A stretch of 64,000 bases of DNA from the human T2T-CHM13v2.0 reference genome, Homo sapiens. The position numbers and the translations under genes are program-made. Below, piece by piece: positions 28,870 through 42,699 of the stretch. Under the pieces are notes generated by a model, which was not told the DNA's origin, searched no databases, and saw only the letters and a list, made by a program, of their open reading frames with translations. The stretch is taken from the NCBI RefSeq assembly GCF_009914755.1, contig NC_060929.1, one strand, 5' to 3'. Each line of letters starts with the position of its first letter. The stretch's first letter is position 1.

Positions 28870-29476
28870 TTCTAGGGACTGAAATGAGCCATCTGTGTGC
28901 TAAATCTGAACATTAACTCTTCATTTCTCTTTCATTTCCTCTGTAACAAATCTAATTTCTCTTGTGGCTTCATCTGACAGAATGAATACCTGGAAAAGAA
29001 GAAAAGCGCATGAACATTTTTTTATTGATGTATTTTTCTTGTTTTGAATATGAGCAAGAGGATTTTAAGGGCAAACAGAGTGCCAGGAATTCCCTACAAA
29101 GTTTCCATCAGGAATTTAATTCTTTGAAGGAAAAAGAGCACTGATGGAAGGAGAATCCTTACTGAAAAAAATTCAGTGGCACATATTGAAAAAAAATAAT
29201 AAGCATGTAAGGGAGCATATTGGCTATGGCTGTTTGATACCTTGGCCCAAAGCAAGAGGACAAGATATTTATATTTCATTCATCTTCATTTGCTTTAAAT
29301 TGAGGTCCAATTTACAATATGTAAAATTAATTATTAATTATTTTAACACATAAAATTAAGTGTCATTTGGTTCATTCACAAGATTGTGGAGCGTCTATCT
29401 GCTTCCAAGACAGTCTCATCACCCCAAAACGTTTTGAAAGTGGGCAAACTCCTACTCTTAAGGATTGTTGTTTGCA

Positions 29477-29612
29477 GGCCAGGCACAATGCCTCACACCT
29501 GCAATCCCAGCAGTGTGAATGGCTGAAGCAGGAGGACGCTTGAGCCCAGGAGTCTGAGACCAGCCTGGGCGACATAACAAGACCCCATCTCAAAAAGAAG
29601 AAGAAAAAAAAA
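29477..29612 (+). mobile_element. FLAM_C
   Basis: Monomer with gcttgagcccaggagt; TSD aaggatt(gt/cc)tgtttgc at 29460-29475 and 29620-29635. Confidence 0.9.
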
Positions 29613-30280
29613 CTATAAAAAGGATTCCTGTTTGCTAATGGGATCGCACTTTTTGGTTCTGATTATGACAGTGGCATAATTGAAGTCGCTTTTTATCTGA
29701 CCAATGTTAGCAGCGAAGAGCACAGTGTACTCGCCACTCTCCTCATTCACTCTTCAGGCCGCATAGTCTCACATTCCTTTGGGAAAGTTGTTCTCATTAC
29801 CGCCATCTTGACACTGTCTGTTCTGTGCAAGCAAAACTGTAAATGTCTTTAGAGTAATTTGTAATCTAGAAAATAAAATGAATTATTGGTCTTCCAGCTT
29901 TGTCTACTGTTTATTGAGTTTATTTTAATACCTCTTCTCTGCTTCCATTATACCTCTGCTTGAACCTTAAGGCTCCTACGTATTAGGTCACCAATTTTAT
30001 ACATATACTATGTATTAGGTCACCACTTTTGTACACTTTTATATACAGCATTTAGTCTCATGCTTTGTATACTAAAGAGAACAGTACACATAAATACGAT
30101 AAATGAATAAATATATATTCTGAAATGTCCCTATTGTAAAAAAAAATAGAACGTGGTGCTTATGAAGATAATTATTAAAACTGTTATATTATTATGTTGC
30201 AAAAATGACAAGATAATACTTTTGCTTACAATTATCAATCAAGTACCATTTACATCAATGAAAATTCAAATAGCGTTTAC

Positions 30281-30577
30281 TTATTTTTTTTTTTTTCTGA
30301 AACAGGGTCTCCCTGTGTTGCCCAGGCTGGGTTGCAGTGACATGGTTCACTATAACCTCGAACTCTTGGGCTCAAGTGATCCTCCCACCTCAGCCTCTCA
30401 AGTTGCTAGGACTACAGGTGTGTACCACCATGTCTGGCTAATTTTTTATTTTTATATTTTGTTGAGACAGGGGTCTCACTATGTTGCCACAGCTGGTCTC
30501 AAACTCCCAACCCCTGGTGATCCCACTTTGGCCTCCCAAAGTACTGAGATTACATGTCTGAACCATGGCACCAAGCT
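30281..30577 (-). mobile_element. AluJ
   Basis: cagggtctc, ctcttgggctcaagtgatcctcccacctcagcc, gggtctcactatgttgcc. Confidence 0.92.
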
Positions 30578-30884
30578 TATTTACATTATTTTTTATTTAT
30601 CTTATTGTTAACAGAGTTTCTCCCTTTATACCCTAACTTTATTCCCACTATCTGACATTTAATATTCAAATTGACATTTAATAAGGATTTTATTGATTAA
30701 CAGTTTAAAATTGTCAGTTTTATAGACATACTGCCATTTAAAATATGTAGATATTTGCTATGAATTCTTCTATTTCAAAGTTCACAGAACAGAAAGACAA
30801 TATTAAAAATAACAAGTATATTATTTATGAACAATTTATTTGAAAATGATGCTACAGAAAATGACATGAATTGCAAACTAAATA

Positions 30885-31213
30885 CAAGTATATCTTAGAG
30901 ATATTATGGGTTTGGTTCCAGACCACTGCAATAAAGCACCTTTTTTGGTTTTCCAGTGCATCTAAAGGTTATGTTTATACTATCGTCTATTAAGTGTGAA
31001 ATAATATGTCTAAAAACCAATGTATACACCTTAATTTAAAAATAGGTTCTTGCTGGAAAATGCTGACACAGAGACATAAAGTGCACACAGGCTTTTGGAA
31101 AGTGGCGTCAATAGACTTGCTCAGAGCGGGGTTGCCACAAACTCTGAACTTTTAAAAAACACAATGTCTGTGAAATGAAATAAAGTAAAACACAAGAATA
31201 CTAGGTATTCCTG
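30885..31213 (-). mobile_element. Tigger1 internal-deletion derivative (both termini, ~330 bp)
   Basis: gagatattatgggtttggttccagaccactgcaataaagc (one end) joined to gggttgccacaaac...ggtattcctg (other end); TA flank on the left. Confidence 0.85.
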
Positions 31214-31989
31214 AAATTTCAATCTGTCGGCTTCAAAATAAGGATAATTAATACAGTCATAAGTTGATAAAAAGGCACAAAAGTGAATTGCTTAAGGGAT
31301 AACACAAATTCCATTTGAAATAAATTATTAATGTATCAAAGTATTACATAAAAGATAAATTGTAGTCATTTGGTGTTCAAAAAATAGCTTGAAGAAATAA
31401 ATGTTGTTTATGAAGAGCAGTAAATAGAAAAATTATGAAAGTTAGAAAATTGAAAAAGGTATAGTGATAAAAAAATTACTTATTTCTAGAGAAATGGAAT
31501 GTTTTATGACTAGTGATTGCTGAGTTTAAAAAATGTATTCCTATAAATTAAAATCACTGAATTGTGAAGTTGTGAATTAACACAGGATGTACAAATAACT
31601 TTAGGAAATAAGAGCTGAATCTTTTAAAAATTACTCTTAAAAATATTCATAAATATATACAGATTTTTAAGTTCCTAAGTAACGCATGAACACTGTAATG
31701 TAAAACTATCAACCACACCCTCCAGTTTAGCAAAAAAAGCACATGCTTTAGACACCCGCAGTCAGTTATGAATCCTGAGAATAACAGAAAAGATAAAGAA
31801 TTTAGGCTATAAATAAAAGTAAATAATTAGAAAACAGCTCTGGAAAGTATGAAGGGCAGATAAATTAACTCACTAAATGGTAGAAAGCAGGTGTCATTAT
31901 ACTGAACACTAAAAGCAGATTCCAAAACATTCTTAAAATAATATTTCTACTAAAACAGAGGGCTGCATCCATCCATACCTAGAGACGTT

Positions 31990-32480
31990 GCATAAGTGAC
32001 AAGTGACGGATCATAACAGCAGGGCCTCTCCACAGATCAAATGCCACCCCAGAAACATGTTCAGACACGCAGGATCAGACATACGCACACACATTGAGCC
32101 AGGAGAAGGTCACAGAACTGTGGGCTTAATGTCAGAAGATGTCACTCCACAATTTGTGAGAGAGGGTCGTGCTGTTTGTGGCTGGAACCATCCATGAGAA
32201 AGGGAGACTACCCGTGCCATAATGAAAAGCAGCCTAAGTACCAACCCCAGAGCACACGTCAGCCTTCACTCACTGCATGGATGTTGCGATGCATCACCTA
32301 GTTATACTTCCAGCAATGAAAGGCTTTCTATTCCAGCTTCTGGGAGCAACCCTCCCTGGTAATCCATCGGAAATTCTTGAGCTGAGAATAGCCACCTTGA
32401 CCAGGGGCATGTCCCCTTCCCAGTAAAGCCAAAATCTGATGGCTAATTGATGAATCGTATCAAGGCCTGTTGCTCACACA
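31990..32480 (-). mobile_element. Old ERVL LTR, LTR16-like
   Basis: ccagcttctgggagcaaccctc motif, GC above background; boundaries uncertain. Confidence 0.45.
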
Positions 32481-33621
32481 CAGAAACTATTTTAAATGCT
32501 TTAACATCTTTATTTTTCTCAAATTCATGTACTACTTAACTATTTTCCATTGTACATTACTCTAGATAAAATTCAAAGCATGTTCTGACAGAGGATAGTC
32601 ATTTTACTGATCATTATAGAAAGAGCTTAAAGCTGTGATTGACAAACTGAAGAATAAGATGCATCATGAGTCTCAGGCTCTTCAGTTATAATAAGTGTGA
32701 AAAAATAATCTTGTGACCAACAGACTTAAACAATCAAAATTATCTTCCTCTAAATTGTTCATTCACGTAAAGAGCAGAGATGTTTAGAAACAGGAATTTC
32801 ATACAACTTTCATTTTAAAATCTTATTCCCTATGAGGTATCAAGCAGGAATTTTTTTATACAAACATGTTAATATTTATCTTGTAAAGTATTTCATGCTA
32901 TGAGCAAGAAAATGTGTATTTTTTCTTTTTGTTTTCAAACAACTAAGTATCAAAGATGTGCTACACTTTTAATTTATAAATGTATTCTGAATTCATGTCA
33001 TGCATTTATGATTGAATCCAAACACCCCTTGTATTTGAATAGAGAAAGTTTAAAATAAAAGTTATTAAAAGGTGATTAGAATAATTGGGAATTGCTTACA
33101 TGGAGGAAAAGAGAGAACTCTAAAGGCTACTCTAGGTTTGAACACAGGCATCCAAGGAAGGAACACATTTTGAAGAGGAGAATCCTCAGGTGGAATGGGG
33201 ATCAGATCAGATCTATCAGATCTCTTTGGAGAGAGTCATTGAAGTCCACAGAATGGTGAAGTTTTCCACCGTTTTTGATCAGAGATGCAGCTGGTAGGTG
33301 TAAAATTACCTGCCGGTACCCTAATAAAATTTTGCAGGCAAGCTACCTGTGTGGGTTGCTGTAGACTTGCTGGAAAGTCCACTGAAAGCACTGGCTAAAT
33401 TCACTAGAAAGCTTCTGGGAATCCTGAGCACTGGCGGTGAGGGCTTGTTGTCCACAGACTTGGAAGGTGCAGGTTACCTCTGGCCATCATCCAGGTGGGG
33501 AGGGGTGAGCTGAGAGAAGATGGGGAATTGCTGTTTGTTGTTGTCCACCAAGACACTGCTAAATCACACATAAAGAATAGACTAGAAGCACAGCTAAAAC
33601 AGCACATCTATAGGAACCAGA

Positions 33622-34000
33622 TGTATTAGTCCATTCTCATGCCTCTGTGGAGAAATACCTGTGACTGGGTAATTTTATATATATATGAGGTGTAATTGAC
33701 TCACAGTTTCATATTGCTGGGGAGGCTTCAGGAAACTACAATCATGGCAGAAGGCAAAGGAAAAGCAAACACCTTCTTCATAGGGAGGCAGGATGGAGTG
33801 AGTCCAAGCAGGGGAAATACCAGATGCTTATAAAACTATCAGATCTCGTGAGACTTGCTCATTATCAGGAAAACAGCCTGGGGGAAACTGCCCCCATGAT
33901 CAAATTACCTCCACCTGGTCCCCCCAACCGACACGTGCGGATTATGGTAATTACAATTCAAGGTGAGATTTGGGTAGGGACACAGACCCAAACCATATCA
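33622..34000 (-). mobile_element. THE1D-like solo LTR
   Basis: tgtattagtcc...ccatatca; 5-bp TSD ccaga/ccagg. Confidence 0.93.
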
Positions 34001-34061
34001 CCAGGAAAATAAAATCCTTTAGCATTCATGACTGTCAATGCTTAACATTGTGCTGGCTGGT

Positions 34062-34066
<5 letters not shown>

Positions 34067-34098
<32 letters not shown>
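34067..34098 (+). repeat. (TA)n microsatellite
   Basis: About 16 perfect TA units. Confidence 0.97.
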
Positions 34099-34102
<4 letters not shown>

Positions 34103-34269
34103 CAAGGTGCAGGTACATTGTAACCAAGCAGAGTGTCCATCAGTTAATAACTAATACAGCCCCTTTTGCTATTCAATTACTCAGCTTCTATATGTACCAG
34201 TCTATACATATTTAAACTTCTCTACATTAACAAACAAGTCTAGGCTTCTGCCTAAAAAGCTATAGCCAC

Positions 34270-34654
34270 TCTATTAGTCCATTCTCACATGACTATAAAA
34301 GTACTACCTTAGACTGGATAATTTATAAAGGAAAGATGTTTAATTGACTTACAGTTCCACATGGCTGGGGAAGCCTCAGGAAACTTACAATCATCGCAGA
34401 AGGTGAACAGAATGCAAGCAACCACTTCACAAGGTAGCAGGAGAGACGAGAAGGAGGAACTTCTAAACACTTACAAAACCATCATATCTTGTGAGAACTG
34501 ACTCACTATCATGAGAACAGCATGAAGGAAACCACCCCCATGCTCAAATCACCTCCCTCCCTCTACACATGGGGATGACAGGTCCCTCCCTTGACACGTG
34601 GGAATTACAATTCATGATGAGATTTGGGTGAGGACACAGAGCCAAATCATATCA
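34270..34654 (-). mobile_element. THE1D/MSTA-like solo LTR
   Basis: tctattagtcc...catatca; TSD gccac/gccat. Confidence 0.92.
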
Positions 34655-34927
34655 GCCATCCTCACTGTTTTCTCACAATAAAAAGATACACTGTCTTAGT
34701 AGGCATTGTAGTTATTGCTGTGGCTACTTGCTGTGGTGCCCCAAATTCTGTTACAGTGCTAACCCATTTCACCTAAATTCTAAATTGAGAGTCACCCTTT
34801 AATGACTTTTCTATTACTTTTTAAATGGAAAGAAGTGAGAGAAGAAAAATGATTACTGTATGCAAATAAACACATCAATATGGAAATCAAAGAATATGAA
34901 CAGCTAGTATAGTCTCTATTTCTTTAA

Positions 34928-35241
<314 letters not shown>

Positions 35242-35929
35242 TATGACTTCTTTTTCATCTATCTGTTAGGTATTTCCCTTACATTTCTCAAAAGCATCAA
35301 CTGACTGAGATTCTTTATCCAACAGGGTAACTCAAACCTGAATTCTAGACTAGTTTGAGTCTTCATATCTTGCTTGTTTGATGGCAAAAGTCTTCATATC
35401 TTGCTTGTTTGTTGCAATTTTCCTTTTACCTTTATTACTTGGAATGGAAAAATTAAGTCACCAGAAGAATACGCTGGGTTCCTATCATCGTGCTGTTTAC
35501 GTGTTGTTCCCCTTAGTAATCAAAATCAATCACTCCAGCAAGTAGAGTGTTCTGTCTGTTGATTTAGTGGCATAAAGAGCCGGAAATGGCTATGTCTCTT
35601 CTTCAAGTTCAATAAAACTCTTATTGTGTCCTGTAAGAATTCTCTCTTTGGCAACCAAGACATTCAAACCAGCAAAAGAAAAGCGCAAAGTGGCCAGAAC
35701 AGAAAGAAAAAAAAAATCTACAAACTGGTTATTAGGTGTAATCTTGAGAAAGGTCACTTCTAATATTTCTCCTTGATTTCCAGAATTTTGTATTCTATGG
35801 GGGAGATAGTACTATACAGAAGCCTCTGTAAGACCAATTCTGTATTTTAAGAAGTTATCTCACATTTGTACCATAACCTAGTCTTCCTATGATACTGTTT
35901 TAGCTAGTGAGCCTCAATGACATGTTTGA

Positions 35930-36320
<391 letters not shown>

Positions 36321-37989
36321 CGAGTATTCGTTTTTCTCCAATGGACTGCCATTCTAGCAATATTCATAGGTCCCTTTGGAGAAAACTTAGAGTAAGATTT
36401 AGAGTGTGAAATTACGGCAAAAGTGCAAAACCCAACCTTGCTTCCAATCAAGAGTCTTTGATTCTGTGAATTGACTCAGGTGTGAAACCTGGTAAAGAAT
36501 CTGCAAATCTCTACTGTGGCGCCTCAAATCAAGTTTTTTGGCTAATAGAACTTAAGTTGTTGTTTGCTTATACGTATATATAGTGTTCTGCCATATATGT
36601 CTAACATTACTGTAGTTGACTGTGCATCTATTTTATTTCCAGGGACACTATGTTCAAGCATAACTGTGGGGCAAGGCATGCTGAATATCAGCGCACCTCT
36701 GTTGCCCTTTACAGTTCCTCTGCCCATCTGTGTTGGTGATTTAGTGTTGTCACTTCTATTCTAGGATTTCTCTTAATCTCCACTGAAACTGGGGAGCCCA
36801 TCTCAATGGTGGCATAGGAGATTTGTAAGTCTTGCATACAAACGAGAGCAACCACAAAGATTTTTATGGATTCAGAAGCTCTTCTCACTCATGTATTTAT
36901 CAATCAATTTTGTTATGTATGCTATTTTCTCTTGGTTCAACTCATGTACACTTTGAGCATGCTAATTCTATCATAGTGTTGGATCTAGCAGAAACAGAAC
37001 AAGCTTATGGTGGGTCTTAATGGAAATTGCTATCCTCTTTCAATACATCTGCCCCAGTTGAGGTTATCACAGGGCTTCCAAGCAAAGGAAACCTAATCAC
37101 TTCAGACACTAAAAGACTTCTGGACTTCCACTGATAAGTGAGTCTCAGAGGGACTTGGAAGTTCATAGTGCCAGTTTTATCTGAGTCACACCAGTTGTCT
37201 CCAACAACTTTCAGGATCCGATTCCTTGCCATGCAATACCCTTAACTTCACAGGAGAAACTCTGTGAGACTGTAAATTCAACTGTACTTTTAATTCTATA
37301 ATACACATAATCAATCTTTGTATTTGATTTTCAGCAATAGTAGCTGTGGCTACTATCATTAAAATGTATTAAAAAATACAATATAGCTGTTGCTATAAGA
37401 AATACTGGATTATTTTAGGGATGTCATGAAAGATCTTCAGCTATTGCACTGTGACTTAATTAATCTGACAATTAATTTATCTGAACTTGCCAGTGTTTCC
37501 CTGTAAGCAGTCAAGTGTACTAAAAAGAGCCCACTCCAAATGCAGCCTTATAGTCATCCTGATTGCCGTAAAGGTAAAATGTAATAGCCCTTTGGACTCC
37601 CAAGACATATACTTCAGTTGCCACTTTATCACAAACAACACACATGAAAACTTGATTGTTTGTGATATAATATATTGCCAGCATTCTATTTCCTATTGGT
37701 AAGGAGGTCAGCACTGCCCTCAAGCCAAATTTTATGACAAAACAAGTCCCAAAATCTCATATCTGTGGGCCAGTCTCTAGGATCCATGTCTGTAATCAAT
37801 TCTGTAGTAGTCGAAGTGCAATAAATATAAAGTAACATAATTCAATGAGAAATGTTAATATAAACAATTATTAGCAAGAAATTAACATAACAAGAAATTG
37901 TCAAAACAAAAATTATAAAGGAAGCCATAAAGATAAAGACTGTACCAAAAGAAAAAATAATCTGTGAAGAAAAAAATGCTCCCCAAGAC

Positions 37990-38650
37990 TGGGATTTAGA
38001 TTTCACTAGATAAGGTGTGGTTGAAGCCCCTTAAGATGGTGAAGAAGCTAGCTAACAGTCTCTAGCAAGAGCTGGTCCACAGTCTGCAAGGTAATATGAT
38101 AAGCTCTGGAATGCTGGAAAATTAGCTACTAAGCTCCTTGTGGGGACTGCGGTTAACTTGTTTGAAATTCAGTAATGGAACTCATTTTCTTGCCAAAGAG
38201 TTGCCATGAAGACTCCCAAGAAGGGTGTTTTGAGGCTGATAGCTAAGTAGGAAGCAGGGATGTCCATGGAACTCAATAGCTGATTATAGAAGTTTAACTG
38301 AAATTACAATCCTAAATGTTACACAGGAGCACTAACTACCACCAGAAACTATGTGAAAGAGAGGTATGTGTTCTACACAAAGTTGTTCATAAGGAGTTGC
38401 CACTTGCTGCTGGCTGCAGGATTACTGTTGGAAAAAGCCACTTACCCTGCAAAGGCACGGCTAGATGAGCATACCAGAACAGGAGAGAAAAAAAAAATTG
38501 CTCTCCTGATGTCCTGTCAGTATTGTCTGTCAACAAGGATATTTTCTGGAAGGCCAAGAAGAAATATTAGAAAGTCCTGCTCCATTATCAAAGAACAGAT
38601 AGAAAGATCAAATTTGGAGCTGAAAAAAAAGCAATGATAACTGGTACCAC
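37990..38650 (-). mobile_element. Old ERVL LTR, LTR41/LTR50-like
   Basis: Right end ctccattatc...aatttggagctga...gataactggtac resembles the reverse complement of TGTGCCAGTTATC...TCAGCTCCAAATT; left boundary uncertain. Confidence 0.55.
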
Positions 38651-39739
38651 ATATTCTAAACAAAGATCACTTTTGCTACTGTAAAGATGATTAGTATATT
38701 GAAATTACTTTATAGAATCATTTCCAAGTTATCCTACAATCTCAGAAAATATGACTCAAAATAATGCTTTCAATTATGTCACTTTCTTCAGCCAGTGATT
38801 CTTAAAAATTATTTCTGTACATATGGAAATCTCTTAAAAATAATGATTGGGTTATCAAAGTTGATTTGATTTGGCATATCTGTATAGCTTCATAAATAAA
38901 ATATTCAAAATTTATAGTAGATTATTCTAACTAAATGCAAATTATTTGTCCAATTTGACTTTTTTCAACTGTGTACATAATATGACAAAAAATCATATAG
39001 TTAAAATACTCAAAATTATTATAGTCAATATTAGGAGGAGGTCACAGCAAAAAATGATAAATAGAGATAACAAAATTAGGTCTAAATAATGTGAATTCAA
39101 ATACATGTACTTGAAAATTACATTTGAAACTTAGCAACTCATAATATAGAGATTTTATTGACCAGGAAGGTTTTTCAGTATAACTTCAGTTATACAAAAT
39201 TAACACCTGGTTTATGTCACTAAAGCCATCTGTATATGCTGGCAATTGGAGACCACGAATGGTTCAATAACTGGGGCAGCTAAAGAAAGATACTATGTCT
39301 GTAATCGATTCTGTAGTAGTAAGACTCCTGGTCACTGAAAAACACTTGCCCTACACACATACTGAGAAACAACATTTTTGACAGCCTAAAATCAATGGAA
39401 ATGTATCCCTGAAGTCAATGTTTCATGTCAGTGGGGGGAAGCCTGATTGTCATAAATTTTGTATTCAAGAATTGCATTTATAATTTCTTTTTTTCCTTCT
39501 ATCTTTCTAATTTATACCTGATTTATGGTCAATTTCATACAAATGTTAACCTTCATGTGTATGCATAAGAAAAAGGAGAATGTGTGGCACAAGTAGACAT
39601 ACGTTAAAATCTTCTCTTATTGGTAACTTTTATTGTGTCTATCTCTTCATCTTGCTTAAGGTTTTGTCATTAAATAAACTGCTGTATATGGTATAATACT
39701 TCGTGGGAAAAAATTACCATACCTATTTTTTAATAATGA

Positions 39740-42469
39740 AGGAAAAAGGCTGACTTTCTGAATGACAAAAAAGGGCTGTGGTAAATGAATTCACCCACAA
39801 AATAAATGGAAATATGGACAAAACAACTAGTTTTAACCATCTGAGAAGTCTGGAAATTGAGCAAATTCACAGAATGAACTGAAAGAAAATAATATATCCA
39901 GTGGAAATATCTTAACCTTAGTAAGAAAAAGAAGCCTGTGATGTTTTGATTCAGGGCTATTCCCACCTTCTCTCTCTCCTGAGTTCCCTGTTGAGTAGTC
40001 CAGAAGTCTTCAGCCTTACAATCAACAGAGAAGATTGACCTATTTTGAAGCCATTGTGAAGTTACTACCTTCAAGGCACAATCAATATTTTGCCCAGACT
40101 TTCAGCTCCCGGAAATACATTATCATGGTGTGTTGAGCATTTGATTTGACTTAGTGTTCAGCTTAGGAAAACAAACAAAAGTCTACCCACAGAGAATTAA
40201 CAAAAGGGATAGAAATCTAATGGCAACAATTTAGCTATCTAAGAACTGACTTTAATTGAGGTAAACAAGACTCGGAACAAATACAATATTTAAATTAATA
40301 TGCTAGAGAAGTGGTTAATCATAAAGAACTTTGAAAAACTATATATTCTTGGAGATCTAAAAATCTGTTTGAGTGGAGAATGCCATATACATTTCCAGGA
40401 AAGACTTGAATAAAAGAGAAAGTCTCTGCAATTCCATTCTGGGTGACTTCAAGACCAGTAGAAGCAGATAATAATAATAATAACAATAATAATGAAATTT
40501 AAAGTTGTTGAAAACTTCCTAAATTTTGAAGTTCTGCCTTCTCACAGATATCCTGTAAAGAATACAGTCAAGGCAATTAAGGAAAACTTCTGACAAATTA
40601 TTGCCAGATCAGTAAAGAATACTGAGCCAGGAATGATCCCTATAACACTGGACATAAAAATACAAAAACAAAACAAAGCAAAACAAAAGAATCCAATCCC
40701 TCTATGTCACACACAGACAAGGTGCCAAAGACCTCAGTGTCTGAGTATTGCAGAGAATGGAGGATCTACACAATTGGTCCAGGAAAATTGCTAATAATTA
40801 TTTAAGAATGAGAGAAATAACAATAACAGTAAAAACCAGCAACAATAACAAATCATAGGCAGATTGAACCTGATACTAAAGCTGTTCCAATATATTGTCT
40901 AAAATAAATAGCTTTTGACCAAAACTACTATATTAACAAAGACATAGAAAAATATGCTGTATACAAGGGAGAGGGGAGAAGCAATCAATGAAAATATCCC
41001 TGAGGGAGCATGAATTTTGGTTTTAATAAATAAAACTACTAAATATATATTATAAGAAATAAAAGAACCCATGGGTAAATTATTAAATACATATGACAAT
41101 ATGTCTCATAAATAAGAAATATTATTAAGGAGGTAAAAAGCAAACATAAATCCTGGAGTTGAAAATTAAAGAAACAAGTACAAAGTTTAGTAAATGCGAA
41201 GAACAGATTTGACCTGGAAAAAAAGAGAATCAGTGAACCTGAGGATACCATACAGCTTGTAGAGTCTGAGAAAGAAAAAAGAAATTAAAAAATTGACACA
41301 ATCTCACTAAACATATAGGACACTATCAAACAGTCAACATATGCATGATAGGAGTTCCAGCAGGTAAAACAAAGAGGACATGGCAGGAAATACATATATA
41401 TTTGATGTAATGATGGCCAAAATTTTCCACATAATAACGTTAATCCACATGCACTAGTCTTTTCTCATGCTGTTAATAAAGTCATACCTGAGACTGGGTA
41501 ATTTATAAAGGAAAGAGGTTTAATTGACTCACAGTTCAGTATAGCTGGGGAGGCCTCAGGAAACTTACAATCATGGTAGAAAGGGAAGCAAACATGTCCT
41601 TCTTCACGTGGCAGAAACAAAAAGAAATGCTGAGCAAAAGGGTGAAAGTGCCTTATAAAACCATCAGATCTCATGAGAACTCACTCACTATCACAAGAAC
41701 AGCAGCACTGGGGTAAATGCCCACCCCGATTCAATTACCTTCCAGTGAGTCTCTACTATGACATGTGGGGATGATGGAAACTACAATTCAAGATGAGATT
41801 TGGGTGGGGACACAGCCAAACCACATCACCACTTATCAAAGAAGTTCAATAGATTCAATTAAAATAGACACAAGAAAATTTACCTTGGATCCACTATAGT
41901 CAAATTTTTAAAAAGTCAGTGACAAACTACCTTGAAAATGGCAAGAGAATATTGACTTACCACATAGAAATGGTACTAATTAAGATTAACAGGTAAGTTT
42001 ATGTCATAAATCATGGAGGCCAGAGATGGTGGTTAAAATAATGTTTAGAAGTGCTGAAGGAAAGGATATCAACCAAAAATAGCGTATTCAGCAAAAATAA
42101 ACAGAAAAATCAGACATTCTCAGAGAAACAAAATCAAGCAGAAGCTGACACTAACAGATTTTTCCTATTAAAATACTAAAGTGATTCCAGAATGTTAGTA
42201 AAAAAGGACAACAAACAGTAACCTAAATCCATATTGGAAGGAAAGTCTTTCAGTAAAACTAGCTATATAAGACTAAATTTGTAAAATAGGCTATCATCAT
42301 ATTTTCATTTGTAACTTTTTATTTATCTGTTTTAAATAATAACTGCATAAAGCAATTATTATAAAACAGTATTGATGGATTTATATTCCATGATAATGTA
42401 ATTTGCATAGAAGTAAGCAGATAAAAAGGAAAGGATGGTGCTATATGAAATAAAAGCACATAACAACTG
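39740..42469 (+). mobile_element. Old L1M 5'UTR/ORF1, interrupted by THE1 and then by the provirus
   Basis: aaatcctggagttgaaaa, gagaatcagtgaacctgagga, catggaggccagagatggtgg, aaccaaaaatagcgtattcagcaaaa ORF1 motifs. Confidence 0.8.
41450..41828 (-). mobile_element. THE1C-like solo LTR
   Basis: Complete LTR; TSD ccaca/ccact. Confidence 0.93.
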
Positions 42470-42699
42470 TGTTGTAAACTACTTAGTCCCTAGTTCAGCT
42501 AGGCCTGCATTCTTGTCTGAGGACCAAGAAGAATAAGGCAGGCAGACACCAGAGTGTGAGTAGGGTAGGATTTATTAAGCAAAAGGAAAGCTATCACCAA
42601 AGAGAAGGGACCAGAAAACAGGTTGCCAGAAATAGGACTGAGTTCTGGGTATTTTATGTGGCAAGACCAAGGAAGTCCTCTGTGGGTTCTGCGCAAAAC
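42470..42699 (-). mobile_element. 3' LTR remnant (TATA-R-U5 only)
   Basis: Homologous to 47830-48060, roughly 20% divergent by eye. Confidence 0.9.

Noticed and set aside
30153-30611. 152-aa ORF and other Alu-overlapping ORFs (2610, 6908, 15336, 17042, 35960, 57112, 63133)
   Set aside because: Translations of Alu sequence ([14 protein letters not shown] motifs); no exon structure
32405-32414. p53 half-site GGGCATGTCC
   Set aside because: No adjacent second half-site
33622-34654. Two co-oriented THE1 LTRs as one deleted provirus
   Set aside because: Each has its own 5-bp TSD and the spacer is not MaLR internal sequence, so they are independent solo LTRs
36340-37760. Apparently unique sequence with several 60-70 aa ORFs as possible host exons
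   Set aside because: No recognisable protein similarity or convincing splice pair; a non-coding exon cannot be excluded without transcript data
38505-38545. CTCF site expected in LTR41/50-like elements
   Set aside because: The equivalent position is too degenerate (gtcagtattgtctgtc)
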